64,000 nt of DNA, from assembly GCA_041538025.1 (NCBI GenBank), contig JBGOEV010000001.1:14205-78204 (forward strand), written 5' to 3'. How positions within the stretch are numbered: position 1 is the first letter of the stretch; each line of letters starts with the position of its first letter. Shown here piece by piece: positions 25,103-34,571 of the stretch. This DNA is from Candidatus Thermosaccharophagus gerlachensis. GTDB taxonomy: Bacteria; Armatimonadota; Fervidibacteria; Fervidibacterales; Thermosaccharophagaceae. The notes below the pieces were generated by a model that ran no database searches, was not told where the DNA came from, and was given only the letters and a program-made list of their open reading frames with translations. The translations under genes were made by a program, and so were the position numbers.

Positions 25103-26710
25103 TTATGTTGTTCGGCTGTGGTAAAGCACCCTGCCAGGTAGGGCTAAAGTAGGTTTGCCATCATACACAACAGCAACTCCGTTCACAAAAACATATTTTA
25201 CGCCCTCAGGAGCAGCGTATGGTTGGTGGAATGTGCTTGTATCGTTTATGAGCAGTGGGTCAAAAACAACTATGTCGGCGAAGTAACCCTCCTTCAATTC
25301 TCCTCTGTAGCTTATGTTAAACTTTGAAGCTGCAAGTGAGGTCATCTTCCTTACAGCTTCTGTGAGCGTGAGCATACCTGTCTCTCTCACATAGCGCCCA
25401 AGTATCCTCGGGAATGTCCCAAAGCCCCTTGGATGTGGTTTGCCTGCTTTATTAGGAGCGCTTAGCCTCCTTGCGGAAGAGTCAGTTCCAATCATAGTCC
25501 TGTGATAGCGTATAACTTGGGCTACATCCTCTTCGGAGAGCGTGAAGCATATCATGGTTGTTTGAGCGTTATCTTCGCACAGCAAATGAACAAGCGCCTC
25601 AAAAGGCGTTTTACCGAGCTTGATAGCTACTTCATTTAGCCTTACACCTTCAAAGCTTTTCAATTCTTCATTCGCTGTTTCAGAGATCATAACCTGTGCC
25701 CAATCGTCCTCTGTGACAAACCTTTTCTCAACCTCCGCTCGTATAAGTTTCAGTGCATCAGGGTCATTTAGCCTTTCAAGGAGTGCCTTTGTTCCACCAG
25801 AATGCACCCACTTAGGTAGAAGCATTTTGAGAGTCGTTGAAGTAGCAGTGTATGGATACATATCGCAAGTTACATCCAAACCACTTTCATTGGCTTGCTC
25901 AATCATTTGTAGCGTTGTCCCAACCTTTCCCCAATTCTCTTTCCCGACAGCTTTGTGATGCGATATTTGCACAGGAACAGCAGTTTGGCGGGCAACATCT
26001 ATTGCCTCATGGACAGCCGAAATTAAATCGTAAGACTCGTTCCTAATATGTGTAGCATACACACCGTTGTAATAGCGCACCACCTTGCAAAGTTCAACAA
26101 GCTCATTTGGCTGTGAGAAGCATCCGGGTGGGTATATCAAACCAGAAGAAAGACCAAATGCACCTTGCTCAAGCGCCTCAGCCAAAAGTATTTTCATCGT
26201 TTCCATTTCTTCCAACGATGGTTCCCTTGCATCATCTCCCATGACTGATGAGCGTAGTGAGTTATGTCCTACGAGAGTCGCTATGTTTATCCCTAAGCCT
26301 CCTTCTTCAAGGACGCTTAGGAACTCACTAAGTTTGTTCCATCTGGCTTCTATACCCATCCTTTGCAACCACATCTCGGTTTGCTCGCGTATGCTCCCTT
26401 TCAGAATCGGTGCTGCCGAGAAACCACAGTTCCCAGATATCTCTGTTGTAATGCCTTGCATAACTTTGCTCTCACAATACCTATTCACAAGGAGCTCATA
26501 ATCCGAGTGACCATGCACATCAATAAAACCGGGCGAGGCAACCAACCCATCAGCGTCTATAACGAGTTTGGAGTTTCTGTCTGCCTCATTTGGTATGAAG
26601 CCGACTTTTGCAATCTTATCACCGACTATCCCTATGTCGCTAACGAACGGTCTCCCTCCTGTTCCATCAATGACGGTGGCATTCCTTATGAGGACATCAA
26701 AGCTCATCAT
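25103..26710 (-). CDS. N-acyl-D-amino-acid deacylase (D-aminoacylase) family amidohydrolase
   Basis: The motifs are FDVLIRNATVIDGTGGRPFVSDIGIVGDKIAKVG...PGFIDVHGHSDYELL...GITTEISGNCG... Confidence 0.8.
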   Translation of the reverse strand: MMSFDVLIRNATVIDGTGGRPFVSDIGIVGDKIAKVGFIPNEADRNSKLVIDADGLVASPGFIDVHGHSDYELLVNRYCESKVMQGITTEISGNCGFSAAPILKGSIREQTEMWLQRMGIEARWNKLSEFLSVLEEGGLGINIATLVGHNSLRSSVMGDDAREPSLEEMETMKILLAEALEQGAFGLSSGLIYPPGCFSQPNELVELCKVVRYYNGVYATHIRNESYDLISAVHEAIDVARQTAVPVQISHHKAVGKENWGKVGTTLQMIEQANESGLDVTCDMYPYTATSTTLKMLLPKWVHSGGTKALLERLNDPDALKLIRAEVEKRFVTEDDWAQVMISETANEELKSFEGVRLNEVAIKLGKTPFEALVHLLCEDNAQTTMICFTLSEEDVAQVIRYHRTMIGTDSSARRLSAPNKAGKPHPRGFGTFPRILGRYVRETGMLTLTEAVRKMTSLAASKFNISYRGELKEGYFADIVVFDPLLINDTSTFHQPYAAPEGVKYVFVNGVAVVYDGKPTLALPGRVLYHSRTT

Positions 26711-27002
26711 TAACGCCTCCTATCGCTATGGCTCTCCAAGCTACTCATTTGTATGAGCGTGCTCTAAAAATCCAATTTTAGATTGTATCCGAGTGCCAAG
26801 CTTATTATGGGAGTGGCTTTAGCCACGAATTTAACTAAGGAGACGAACCAAGTTCTCTCATGTCCATGTTTCATGCTTTGTCTATAAGCTGAAACCAGCA
26901 GTGCGGAAGAGTGAATTGAGATTTTAGAACACTGCTCTTGCTTCGGCATAATTACCAAAGAGAGTAGCGTAAATTAAGCTTGGTCTGCAGGGGGACATCA
27001 AG

Positions 27003-28076
27003 ATGAGAGATGTATTTCGTGTCGGGATAATTGGGTGTGGGCGGAAGGCTTCCACTATTGACGACGAAGCCCACTTGCGCTGGTTAACAAATTACGATGT
27101 TGTTCCAAGCAGCCACACTTCTGCATACTTACAGAACCCGAGGACAAAGATAGTGGCAGTGGCAGCCCGCACAGAAGAATCGCTTCAAAGATACATCGCA
27201 AGATGGAAGCTTTACGATGTGCGCACATACACGGATTACAAGAGAATGCTTGAGTTGGAAGAATTGGACATAGTCAGTGTTGTAACACATGCTGATATGC
27301 ATGCCGAAATAACTATTGCTGCTGCTAAAGCAGGTGTTAAAGGCATAATATGTGAGAAGGCAATGGCTACATCATTGGAGGAAGCTGATGAGATGATAAG
27401 AGTTTGCGAAAGTAACGGTGTTAAACTGCTCATCAATCACCCGAGGCGTTATCACCCAACATTTACTACAGCAAAGAAGATGATTGAAGATGGCGTCATA
27501 GGTGAGCTAAAGAGCATGCGTGGCGCCATCTGGACATTCCTTCTGCACAATGGGACTCACCTTTGGGATATGTTTTGCTACTTCGCTGGAGATGCGGATA
27601 TGGTTTGGGGATATGTTGCTGAAGAGGATGTGCAAGACCCCGGAGGGTGTGCAATGATACGGTTCAAAAACGGCGTGATGGCTTTCGCTGACGTAATGAC
27701 GATGCAAGGGTTTAACATGCAACTTTATGGCAGCGATGGCATGATCCACATTGATATGTTCAAAGAAGGCTTCCGTGTAGAAGTTTATGAGGATTTGATA
27801 CCGCCATCTAAGGATAGACCATATTACCAGTTTCGTCCAAAGAGGCTTGTGCGCAGTGAGCACATTGAGATTGAAAAACCATTTACACCACCAATGCAGG
27901 CAGCAGTTCAAGACCTGATTGATTCCATCATGGAAGACAGGCAACCGCGCTCAAGCGGATATGATGGCAGGAAAGCGTTGGAGTTAGGGATAGCAGTTCA
28001 TGCATCAGCGAGGAAAGGAGGTATGGCTGTCACTTTACCGCTAACTGATAGGACGATACGCATTATTTCAAGATGA
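27003..28076 (+). CDS. Gfo/Idh/MocA family oxidoreductase
   Basis: The Rossmann N-terminus is FRVGIIGCGRKAS. Also present are GIICEKAMATSLEEADEMI and LLINHPRRYHP. Confidence 0.85.
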   Translation: MRDVFRVGIIGCGRKASTIDDEAHLRWLTNYDVVPSSHTSAYLQNPRTKIVAVAARTEESLQRYIARWKLYDVRTYTDYKRMLELEELDIVSVVTHADMHAEITIAAAKAGVKGIICEKAMATSLEEADEMIRVCESNGVKLLINHPRRYHPTFTTAKKMIEDGVIGELKSMRGAIWTFLLHNGTHLWDMFCYFAGDADMVWGYVAEEDVQDPGGCAMIRFKNGVMAFADVMTMQGFNMQLYGSDGMIHIDMFKEGFRVEVYEDLIPPSKDRPYYQFRPKRLVRSEHIEIEKPFTPPMQAAVQDLIDSIMEDRQPRSSGYDGRKALELGIAVHASARKGGMAVTLPLTDRTIRIISR

Positions 28077-28099
28077 AGCTAAATGTGTGGTGATGCAAG

Positions 28100-28879
28100 T
28101 TGGCGAAGCGCAAGACAAGGAAGGAAAAAGAGAGAGCCGCGAAGCGTTGGGAAATGCTTAGGGAGATGGTGCGCTTTGGATATGGTGTTTTACCGGACGA
28201 TGTTGTTGAGCAAGCTGTAAGGATTTATGGGCAGGCTGTAAGGGAATATGATGGTGGAGATTTCGAAGCTGCCGAGAAGCTACTCAACCACGTCCTCCAA
28301 TTAAGCCCTAAAGCTATACCAGCGTTAATGCTACATGCTCAACTCATGATGCGCTTGAAACGATGGGATGAGGCAATTTCGTCACTATCAAAGATTGCCG
28401 AGATATGTCCAAACGATCCTGATGCGTATAAGCGACTTGGTGAAGCGCTTGAAGCCACAGGTCAGAAGAGAAGAGCTTTTGATGTGTATAGGAAAGCGAT
28501 TGATGTGGCAAGCGCAAGCGCGCATTACCAAGAATGGATTGAAGAGTTGCAAAGAAGATGCCAACGACTTGAAAAAGAATTATCGGTTGAGCGCATGAAA
28601 CGAGAACAAGACGAGAAGCAAAGGCAGATCGAGGAACTGTTACACCTCGCTGACCTGTATGAAAGCAGTGGAGTGAAAAGAAGGGCAAGAGAATATCTTA
28701 AAAACATTCTTGAGTTGGACCCGCAAAACATAGCTGTTACTTTGCGCATAGCTGCGATTGAGATTGAGCTTGGTAATTACAACGAGGCAAGGGAACTGCT
28801 TTTGAAGATTGAGAAACAACACGGGGAGCTCCCACCCGAGGCAACAGCGCTTATGGAGAAGTTACAACAGCTAAGGTAA
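28100..28879 (+). CDS. TPR-repeat protein with a central coiled-coil
   Basis: TPR-like helices include FEAAEKLLNHVLQLSPKAIPALML, WDEAISSLSKIAEICPNDPDAYKRLGEAL and AREYLKNILELDPQNI. The start is TTG and is uncertain. Confidence 0.7.
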   Translation: MAKRKTRKEKERAAKRWEMLREMVRFGYGVLPDDVVEQAVRIYGQAVREYDGGDFEAAEKLLNHVLQLSPKAIPALMLHAQLMMRLKRWDEAISSLSKIAEICPNDPDAYKRLGEALEATGQKRRAFDVYRKAIDVASASAHYQEWIEELQRRCQRLEKELSVERMKREQDEKQRQIEELLHLADLYESSGVKRRAREYLKNILELDPQNIAVTLRIAAIEIELGNYNEARELLLKIEKQHGELPPEATALMEKLQQLR

Positions 28880-28979
28880 CTTTTCCACAGCGCCAAGAAC
28901 ATTATTTCTTCATTCTTGCTCGGCACACTGGTCATCCTAAGAGCATTGTAAAGGCGCGTAGTTGATAGCGCTCTTCGCA

Positions 28980-30455
28980 TCAGAAACGCCACGACATCAA
29001 TCGCAGGTTGCTCCTTCGTGCAACATGTTCGGTTCGAAGATAGCGCAAGAGCAGCAGGTCACCAACAAACCATAGGATGACTACAAAAGCTGGGTTGTAT
29101 TTAAGCCTTACTTTGAGTGTTGGACTCCAAGTCCATGCGATGCCAAAGGCAATAAGTAAGAGCCCAATGAGGTATGAGGCAAGTAAAAACGCCGGTTTTT
29201 TTCTCGTCATGCGCATTGGTCTTGCTCGGTAAGAACACTTCAAAACATGTTTTCCGCGCTTCAATGCCAATGCAGTTACGAGCAAGAACAATAGCCAACC
29301 AATTGCTGCCCATGCATCAAAGAACACGAAGTAAAGCTGTATAGCCTTTGAAAGTGTTGCGACTTTGTCACGAAGCGTTCTTGACTCATATGCTTTTGGG
29401 TTTACCAACTTATGCTTTAGCCACGTGATTGGGAGTGTCCTGCCGACTCGCAGCGCTTCACATACATCCTCAACACTTTGCACATCGCCATGTAAGCAAG
29501 TTGCAGTAAAGCTATGTGCGCCAAACTTAAAATCGTTGCTCGCTATGAGTGGGCGCTTCCCATATGCCCTTTGCCACAGCGTTATGTCATCACAGATAAT
29601 GTTTCTGTTTATCACCTCAAAGCCATCTGCGAGTTTAAACAATTTATCAACCTTGTGGTGAGCTGTCCAAGGATGCGCAACGATTACTACACCGCCACTT
29701 GATTTAGCACCTTCAATTGCTCGTTCAAACCCTTCCTTCGGGCTATAACTTTTGCTAATGTTGAGTAGCAGGACATGCGTGCGTGCATGTAGCTCTTCAC
29801 CGACGATGATCAGGATTTTGTAGCCACGCTTTTGTGCGTAGCGCAGCGCTTCAATACCACCGCTTACCGTGTTTGTATCGGTTATGGCTATGACTTTGAA
29901 ACCTCTCTTGCGGTGCCATTCAACGACTTTCGCCGGGCTGAACAGCCCGCTTGAACGGTATGTATGAGCATGGAAGTTCGCAACGATACAGCCTTTCTTC
30001 TCAGCCCTATAACGCATCGTTGGTGCATAGAAGCTTAGCCAACACATCATCGTAAACACCTGAGCCGAAAGCATGAACGATGTTAGCAATCCATTCAATA
30101 GGTTACCAATTGAGATACCTCTACAAGCTACCCAAGCTACCATAAATGGGGCAATGATCAGGAAAGCAATTAAAGTGGCTGAACAAACCGTATCGGCAGT
30201 TCCTACAATGAAAGCCAAAGCAATCAACGGTTCAGCGACGATGCGAACTAATGCATGCGGTTTTAACGGTTCAAGTTTAAGGTGTGAGCCTTTCTTTGCC
30301 ACTACGAACTTATGCTGTGGTTCATATTCGCAGGTTGCTTCGTTTTGGCTTTGCGTGACGGTGGTCATCCAAACGAGGCATAGGAGAGAAAATATGACTA
30401 CTGCTGTTTTGCAAACAGCGCTCTCCAGAAGCCTCATGCTACCTCGCTCATTCAT
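28980..30455 (-). CDS. Polytopic membrane protein with a central PHP phosphoesterase domain
   Basis: The PHP motifs are ANFHAHTYRSSGLFSPAKVVEWHRKRGFKVIAITDTNTVSGG...VVIVAHPW. Several TM helices lie on each side. The start is ambiguous: ATG 30455 gives an ATGAATGA overlap with the receiver gene stop, ATG 30437 has a GAGG RBS, and 30500 is the longest ORF. Confidence 0.7.
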   Translation of the reverse strand: MNERGSMRLLESAVCKTAVVIFSLLCLVWMTTVTQSQNEATCEYEPQHKFVVAKKGSHLKLEPLKPHALVRIVAEPLIALAFIVGTADTVCSATLIAFLIIAPFMVAWVACRGISIGNLLNGLLTSFMLSAQVFTMMCWLSFYAPTMRYRAEKKGCIVANFHAHTYRSSGLFSPAKVVEWHRKRGFKVIAITDTNTVSGGIEALRYAQKRGYKILIIVGEELHARTHVLLLNISKSYSPKEGFERAIEGAKSSGGVVIVAHPWTAHHKVDKLFKLADGFEVINRNIICDDITLWQRAYGKRPLIASNDFKFGAHSFTATCLHGDVQSVEDVCEALRVGRTLPITWLKHKLVNPKAYESRTLRDKVATLSKAIQLYFVFFDAWAAIGWLLFLLVTALALKRGKHVLKCSYRARPMRMTRKKPAFLLASYLIGLLLIAFGIAWTWSPTLKVRLKYNPAFVVILWFVGDLLLLRYLRTEHVARRSNLRLMSWRF

Positions 30456-30870
30456 CACTTTCGCTCTTCTCTTCCTTTTCACTGCTGGCTTTAGATTCAA
30501 GCAATTCTCTAACTACTTCAACAAGTGCCCGTGGTTTAAATGGTTTTGTAAGATAGCGGTCTGCACCAAGTTCCATGCCACGTCTTCTGTCCTCCTCGCC
30601 TCTTGCGGTCGTGAGTATGATCACAGGGATTGAACGTAGATTTGGATCGCTCTTAATAATGCCGAGCAATTGTAACCCGCTTATCTCCGGCATGTATATG
30701 TCAACGATGGCGAGGTCGAATGATTGCTCCTTTAGTAGCCTTAAAGCTTCATAAGCGTTTGATGCTTCAACGACTTCACACTCCTCAAGGAAGCGTAAAG
30801 AGAGGCTTACAAGTCTGCGCAATGTTTCGGAATCATCAACGACAAGCACTCTTTTTTGCCGAGTGCTCAT
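30448..30870 (-). CDS. Stand-alone CheY-like response-regulator receiver
   Basis: The motifs are RVLVVDDSETLRRL...DLAIVDIYMPEISGLQLL...PVIILTTARG...GADRYLTKPF. There is no output domain. Confidence 0.9.
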   Translation of the reverse strand: MSTRQKRVLVVDDSETLRRLVSLSLRFLEECEVVEASNAYEALRLLKEQSFDLAIVDIYMPEISGLQLLGIIKSDPNLRSIPVIILTTARGEEDRRRGMELGADRYLTKPFKPRALVEVVRELLESKASSEKEEKSESDE

Positions 30871-30936
30871 AGCCTCTCCTCTCCGTTCGTAGTAACCTTT
30901 TGTGAATGCTCACTGTATAGCAGTTTAACGAGGCAA

Positions 30937-32055
30937 CTACTCACATGTTCGCCTCAAAGCCAGTTCGTATACTTGCATTGTCATTCTTGCTGTCCTTTCC
31001 CATGTGTATTCGCTCGCTATTCTCAATCCCATTTTGATAAGGTTTTCTGCGAGTTCCTTATCAATAAGCAAACTCAATATTGCATTAGCAAGCGCATCGC
31101 TATCGTTTGGGTCAACCAGTATTGCACCATTGCTTGCAAACTCGTTTATTGCTGGTGCATCTCCAGCTACAACTGGCGTGCCACACGCCATCGCTTCTAT
31201 CACTGGAAGACCAAAACCTTCATAGCGCGATGGGAAAGCAAAAACATCGGCAGCACTGTAGATGATAGGCAGAAGTTCATCTGGGACATAACCCGTGAAA
31301 ACAATCTTCTCGGCAGCTTCCCCAGCTATCCTGAGGAGCGTTTGCTTCATATACTCGGTTGATGCTCCAACCATGACGAGCCAGTCAACGGGAGCTTTTT
31401 CTCTTAACAGCTTCCTAAATGCCTTGACGAGTATGTGTGCGTTCTTCCTTGGTCGGAAGAAATTGACGGTTAAGATGAAGCGTCCATTTATGCCGAGCCG
31501 GCTTGCAAGCAATTGTTTTGAAAGTTCTTTTTGCATCGGCTTAAAGTGTGGTGAAACACCATATGGCGTTACGAATATCTTTGCTGGGTTCACCTTGAAC
31601 AACTTCGCCACATCACTCTTCGCGCTTTGCGAGGGGACGAGAACAGCTCTCGAACGCTGGAGCGAGATAAAGCTAAGTGCGTTTGTAACGATACGAGCTT
31701 TAATGCTTGATGGCTCAATGAACATTGCCGATATAGCATCATGCATTGTAACGATAGTCGGGCAACGACACATGAACGGGACAATATATTCAGCATGGAA
31801 TAGCTCAATACCATCTCGCATGGCGATAGACGGCAGTTGGAAGATAGTCCACCACCAACCTGATGGTGCTTTGATTGCCCTCCATTTGGCGTTGCTTGGA
31901 ACAGCAGGGAAGTCACCGCGTATAGGCTCGTGGTAGTAGAGGAGTGCCTCGTAATTTTTGAATAGGCGTGCGAGTTCGTTAACGATATTGAGCATGTAGG
32001 TTCTCATTCCAGTCCAACGCATCACCATCGGACGTGCATCATAGCCAACGCGCAT
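30937..32055 (-). CDS. Glycosyltransferase family 4 (GT-B)
   Basis: The EX7E region is FAFPSRYEGFGLPVIEAMACGTPVVAGD. Confidence 0.85.
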   Translation of the reverse strand: MRVGYDARPMVMRWTGMRTYMLNIVNELARLFKNYEALLYYHEPIRGDFPAVPSNAKWRAIKAPSGWWWTIFQLPSIAMRDGIELFHAEYIVPFMCRCPTIVTMHDAISAMFIEPSSIKARIVTNALSFISLQRSRAVLVPSQSAKSDVAKLFKVNPAKIFVTPYGVSPHFKPMQKELSKQLLASRLGINGRFILTVNFFRPRKNAHILVKAFRKLLREKAPVDWLVMVGASTEYMKQTLLRIAGEAAEKIVFTGYVPDELLPIIYSAADVFAFPSRYEGFGLPVIEAMACGTPVVAGDAPAINEFASNGAILVDPNDSDALANAILSLLIDKELAENLIKMGLRIASEYTWERTARMTMQVYELALRRTCE

Positions 32056-32073
32056 GGCTTTCGTTATTTCACC

Positions 32074-33243
32074 TCAACGCGAAGCATCAAGGGCTGCCTC
32101 TTCAAAAGCTTTCAATGTTTTTAAAGCTGTTTGTTTCCATGAGAATTCTCTTGCCCTCTCAATTCCCAACTTGCTCAGCTCTGATCGTAACTCTTTGTTT
32201 ATAAGCACCTCTTTCAAGGCATGTGTCCATGCATCTTCATCGCGTGGATCAATCATTATCGCAGCGTTACCTGCGACTTCTGGCAACGCAGGTGCGTTGC
32301 TACAGAGCACAGGCGTGCCACATGCCATTGCCTCAATGACTGGAAGACCAAACCCCTCGGCAAGCGATGGGTAAATGAAAGCATCGGCACCGCAATACAA
32401 TGCTGGAAGTTCATCATCAGGCACATAGCCGACTATTGTAACCCTGTTTTGTAAGCCGAGTTTCTCAATCTCCGCAAGCAGAGAATCACTATACCAACCA
32501 AGGCTACCAGCGATGACAAATCTATGAGGTAGTTCGTTTTTAAGCCTCGCGAAGGCTCTTAAGAACACGTTCAAATTCTTCCTCGGTTCTACAACACCAA
32601 CATAAAGCACATAGCTTTCCGCAAGCCCATACTTACGCATAACCGATTCAACGAACTCCTTTGGCTGTGGCTTAAAGTGCTCTGCAGGTGCGAGCGGTGT
32701 GACGATTATGCGTTCATTTGTGAAGCGGAATATTTCGATAAGCTGAGCTTTAACAGCATCTGAAAACGTGAGCAAGCGTTTCGCTCTTTTCGCCCATTGC
32801 ATTGTTATCCGAGTGACATAAATAGTGTTAGGTAAGTGGCAATGTGGATGTGTAAGTGGTGTCAGGTCGAAGATCGTGAGCACAAGCCCACCACTCATAT
32901 AAGGTAGGAAAGGGTAGAACGGCGAGAAGTAAACGTTTGGTCTCCCAAACATGATGTCAGCGATTGGAAGCTTGTTGAACCGCACAAGGAGGAGCCTGAA
33001 TTTTGAATGATGAAAGAGCCTTGTTGGGAAGCGCGTCACCTTAGCCGAGACATATTTCGTATTGCCTTTGCAAATGTTCAAGTTCGGCATTTTCGGTGGA
33101 GGCTTGAGCATGCATCCATACCAAATGATGTAGCTGTTTGACCTATCAATGCTGAGAAGAGCTTTAAGGAGTTCCCTAACATATACGCCACTCCCAAACG
33201 GTCGTTGCAAGACTTCAATAGGAGCATAGAAGCAGATTTTCAT
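32074..33243 (-). CDS. Glycosyltransferase family 4 (GT-B)
   Basis: The motif is FIYPSLAEGFGLPVIEAMACGTPVLCSN. Confidence 0.85.
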   Translation of the reverse strand: MKICFYAPIEVLQRPFGSGVYVRELLKALLSIDRSNSYIIWYGCMLKPPPKMPNLNICKGNTKYVSAKVTRFPTRLFHHSKFRLLLVRFNKLPIADIMFGRPNVYFSPFYPFLPYMSGGLVLTIFDLTPLTHPHCHLPNTIYVTRITMQWAKRAKRLLTFSDAVKAQLIEIFRFTNERIIVTPLAPAEHFKPQPKEFVESVMRKYGLAESYVLYVGVVEPRKNLNVFLRAFARLKNELPHRFVIAGSLGWYSDSLLAEIEKLGLQNRVTIVGYVPDDELPALYCGADAFIYPSLAEGFGLPVIEAMACGTPVLCSNAPALPEVAGNAAIMIDPRDEDAWTHALKEVLINKELRSELSKLGIERAREFSWKQTALKTLKAFEEAALDASR

Positions 33244-33391
33244 TTTCCTTCACCTGTGCGGGTCTGAGTAGCCATTTGCAAATTTTGGCGCACTAAGCAA
33301 ACCTTATAGCAACAGGGAGGAGGTTTTAAAGATAAGCTAACTGCAGGTTGATGATCAGGTATGTGGTGCACTTAATGTGGGGTGTTCGTAG

Positions 33392-34489
33392 ATGGCTCGC
33401 ATAGCTATAGATGCGCGCCCATTGGTGAAGCGTGACCGAACAGGAGTTGAGAATGTTGCTTATCAGTTTGTCAAGCTTATTTTAACTATCCCCGAGGTGC
33501 ATCAGTGGCATCTATACTTCTCTGACCCGCCAAAGTTTTCCCTCCCGCAGCGTGTGAAGTGGAGAAGCTATCGTGGGAGAGGTTGGTTGCGCGTTGTTGT
33601 TCCAGTGTGGATGCTCATTGACCGCATTCAATTAATTCACTTTGGCATCGGCTATGTGCCAGTTCTTGCGAAGCCCTTTTCAAAAGTTGCTGTGACAACA
33701 TGTGATCTCATGTGGCTTCAAAACATTGATTTCATAGACCCACCAAGCCGTAGGTTCATCATGAGGGGTGTTTTCCCGTCTTTGAAGTGGCGGACGGACC
33801 ATCACATCGCTATATCAAAAGCAACGATGTTGGATGTAATCGTTAAGTTGGGTATACCAAGTGAGCGTGTCAGCCTTGTCTATCCATATGTGGATGAACG
33901 CTTCAAGCGTGTGGAGAATGCGAGGGAGGCTGTAAGGAGACTTTATGGTGTAGAAGGACGTTTCTTACTCTTCGTAGGCGTGGCAAAGCCGAACAAGAAC
34001 ATCGGAAGGCTCCTTGATGCTTTTTCAAAACTTCAAAAATTGCATCCAGATGCGAAGCTTGTCATAGCAGGTTTTGTGATGCCATTTTGGGAGGAGACAA
34101 GACGCATAATACGTGGCGAGCCGAATGTCATCTGGTTGAAGTATGTTCCAGAGGAGCATCTGCCATTGCTTTACAGTGCATGCGTTGCTTTTGTATCGCC
34201 AGCGCTTAATGAAGGTTTTGGCTTGCCGTTGCTTGAAGCCATGGCTTGTGGTGCGCCAATCATCGCAGGTAATACGGGTGCTCAGCCTGAAGTAGTTGGG
34301 GATGCTGGAATACTTGTAAACCCAAACAGCACAGAAGAGATATTTGAGGCTATGTTAGCTGTTTGGACAGATGATGAGCTTGCAAAACGCATGAGCGAGA
34401 TGTCGCTTGAGAGGGCGCTTTTCTTTTCACCACAACAAACATTGTCTCAATTGCTTACAGCGTATGAGAAAGCACTCTCAGATCCATGA
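33392..34489 (+). CDS. Glycosyltransferase family 4 (GT-B)
   Basis: The motif is FVSPALNEGFGLPLLEAMACGAPIIAGN. The gene is divergent from the two GT4 genes on the minus strand. Confidence 0.85.
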   Translation: MARIAIDARPLVKRDRTGVENVAYQFVKLILTIPEVHQWHLYFSDPPKFSLPQRVKWRSYRGRGWLRVVVPVWMLIDRIQLIHFGIGYVPVLAKPFSKVAVTTCDLMWLQNIDFIDPPSRRFIMRGVFPSLKWRTDHHIAISKATMLDVIVKLGIPSERVSLVYPYVDERFKRVENAREAVRRLYGVEGRFLLFVGVAKPNKNIGRLLDAFSKLQKLHPDAKLVIAGFVMPFWEETRRIIRGEPNVIWLKYVPEEHLPLLYSACVAFVSPALNEGFGLPLLEAMACGAPIIAGNTGAQPEVVGDAGILVNPNSTEEIFEAMLAVWTDDELAKRMSEMSLERALFFSPQQTLSQLLTAYEKALSDP

Positions 34490-34571
34490 GCGCCTTTAAC
34501 ACATAAGACGGCAAAATATTTTTCGTGGTGTTCTCAATTTAAAAACTTCATCTTGTGAGGGGGTGGAGCAG

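Noticed and set aside
26711-27002. A 292-nt divergent intergenic region containing a 64-aa minus-strand ORF (26764-26958), a perfect GTGGCT-tt-AGCCAC hairpin and two ATTTTAGA boxes. I considered an sRNA, a riboswitch or a small protein.
   Set aside because: No recognisable riboswitch or tRNA-like structure is evident. The ORF lacks an RBS and has an odd composition. The repeats are short enough to occur by chance. The region is probably just two divergent promoters. A covariance-model scan (Rfam) would settle it.
29025-29040. A GGTTCGAA T-loop-like motif that suggests a tRNA.
   Set aside because: It lies inside the PHP membrane-protein CDS. No acceptor, D or anticodon stems can be drawn around it. 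I could find no tRNA anywhere in the window by eye, though a tRNAscan run should confirm this.
30073-32374. Plus-strand ORFs antisense to the PHP, receiver and GT4 genes (30073-30633, 30856-31362, 31004-31225, 31295-31936, 32054-32374).
   Set aside because: The minus-strand genes carry clear family motifs (PHP, receiver, EX7E). The antisense products are low-complexity with no RBS.
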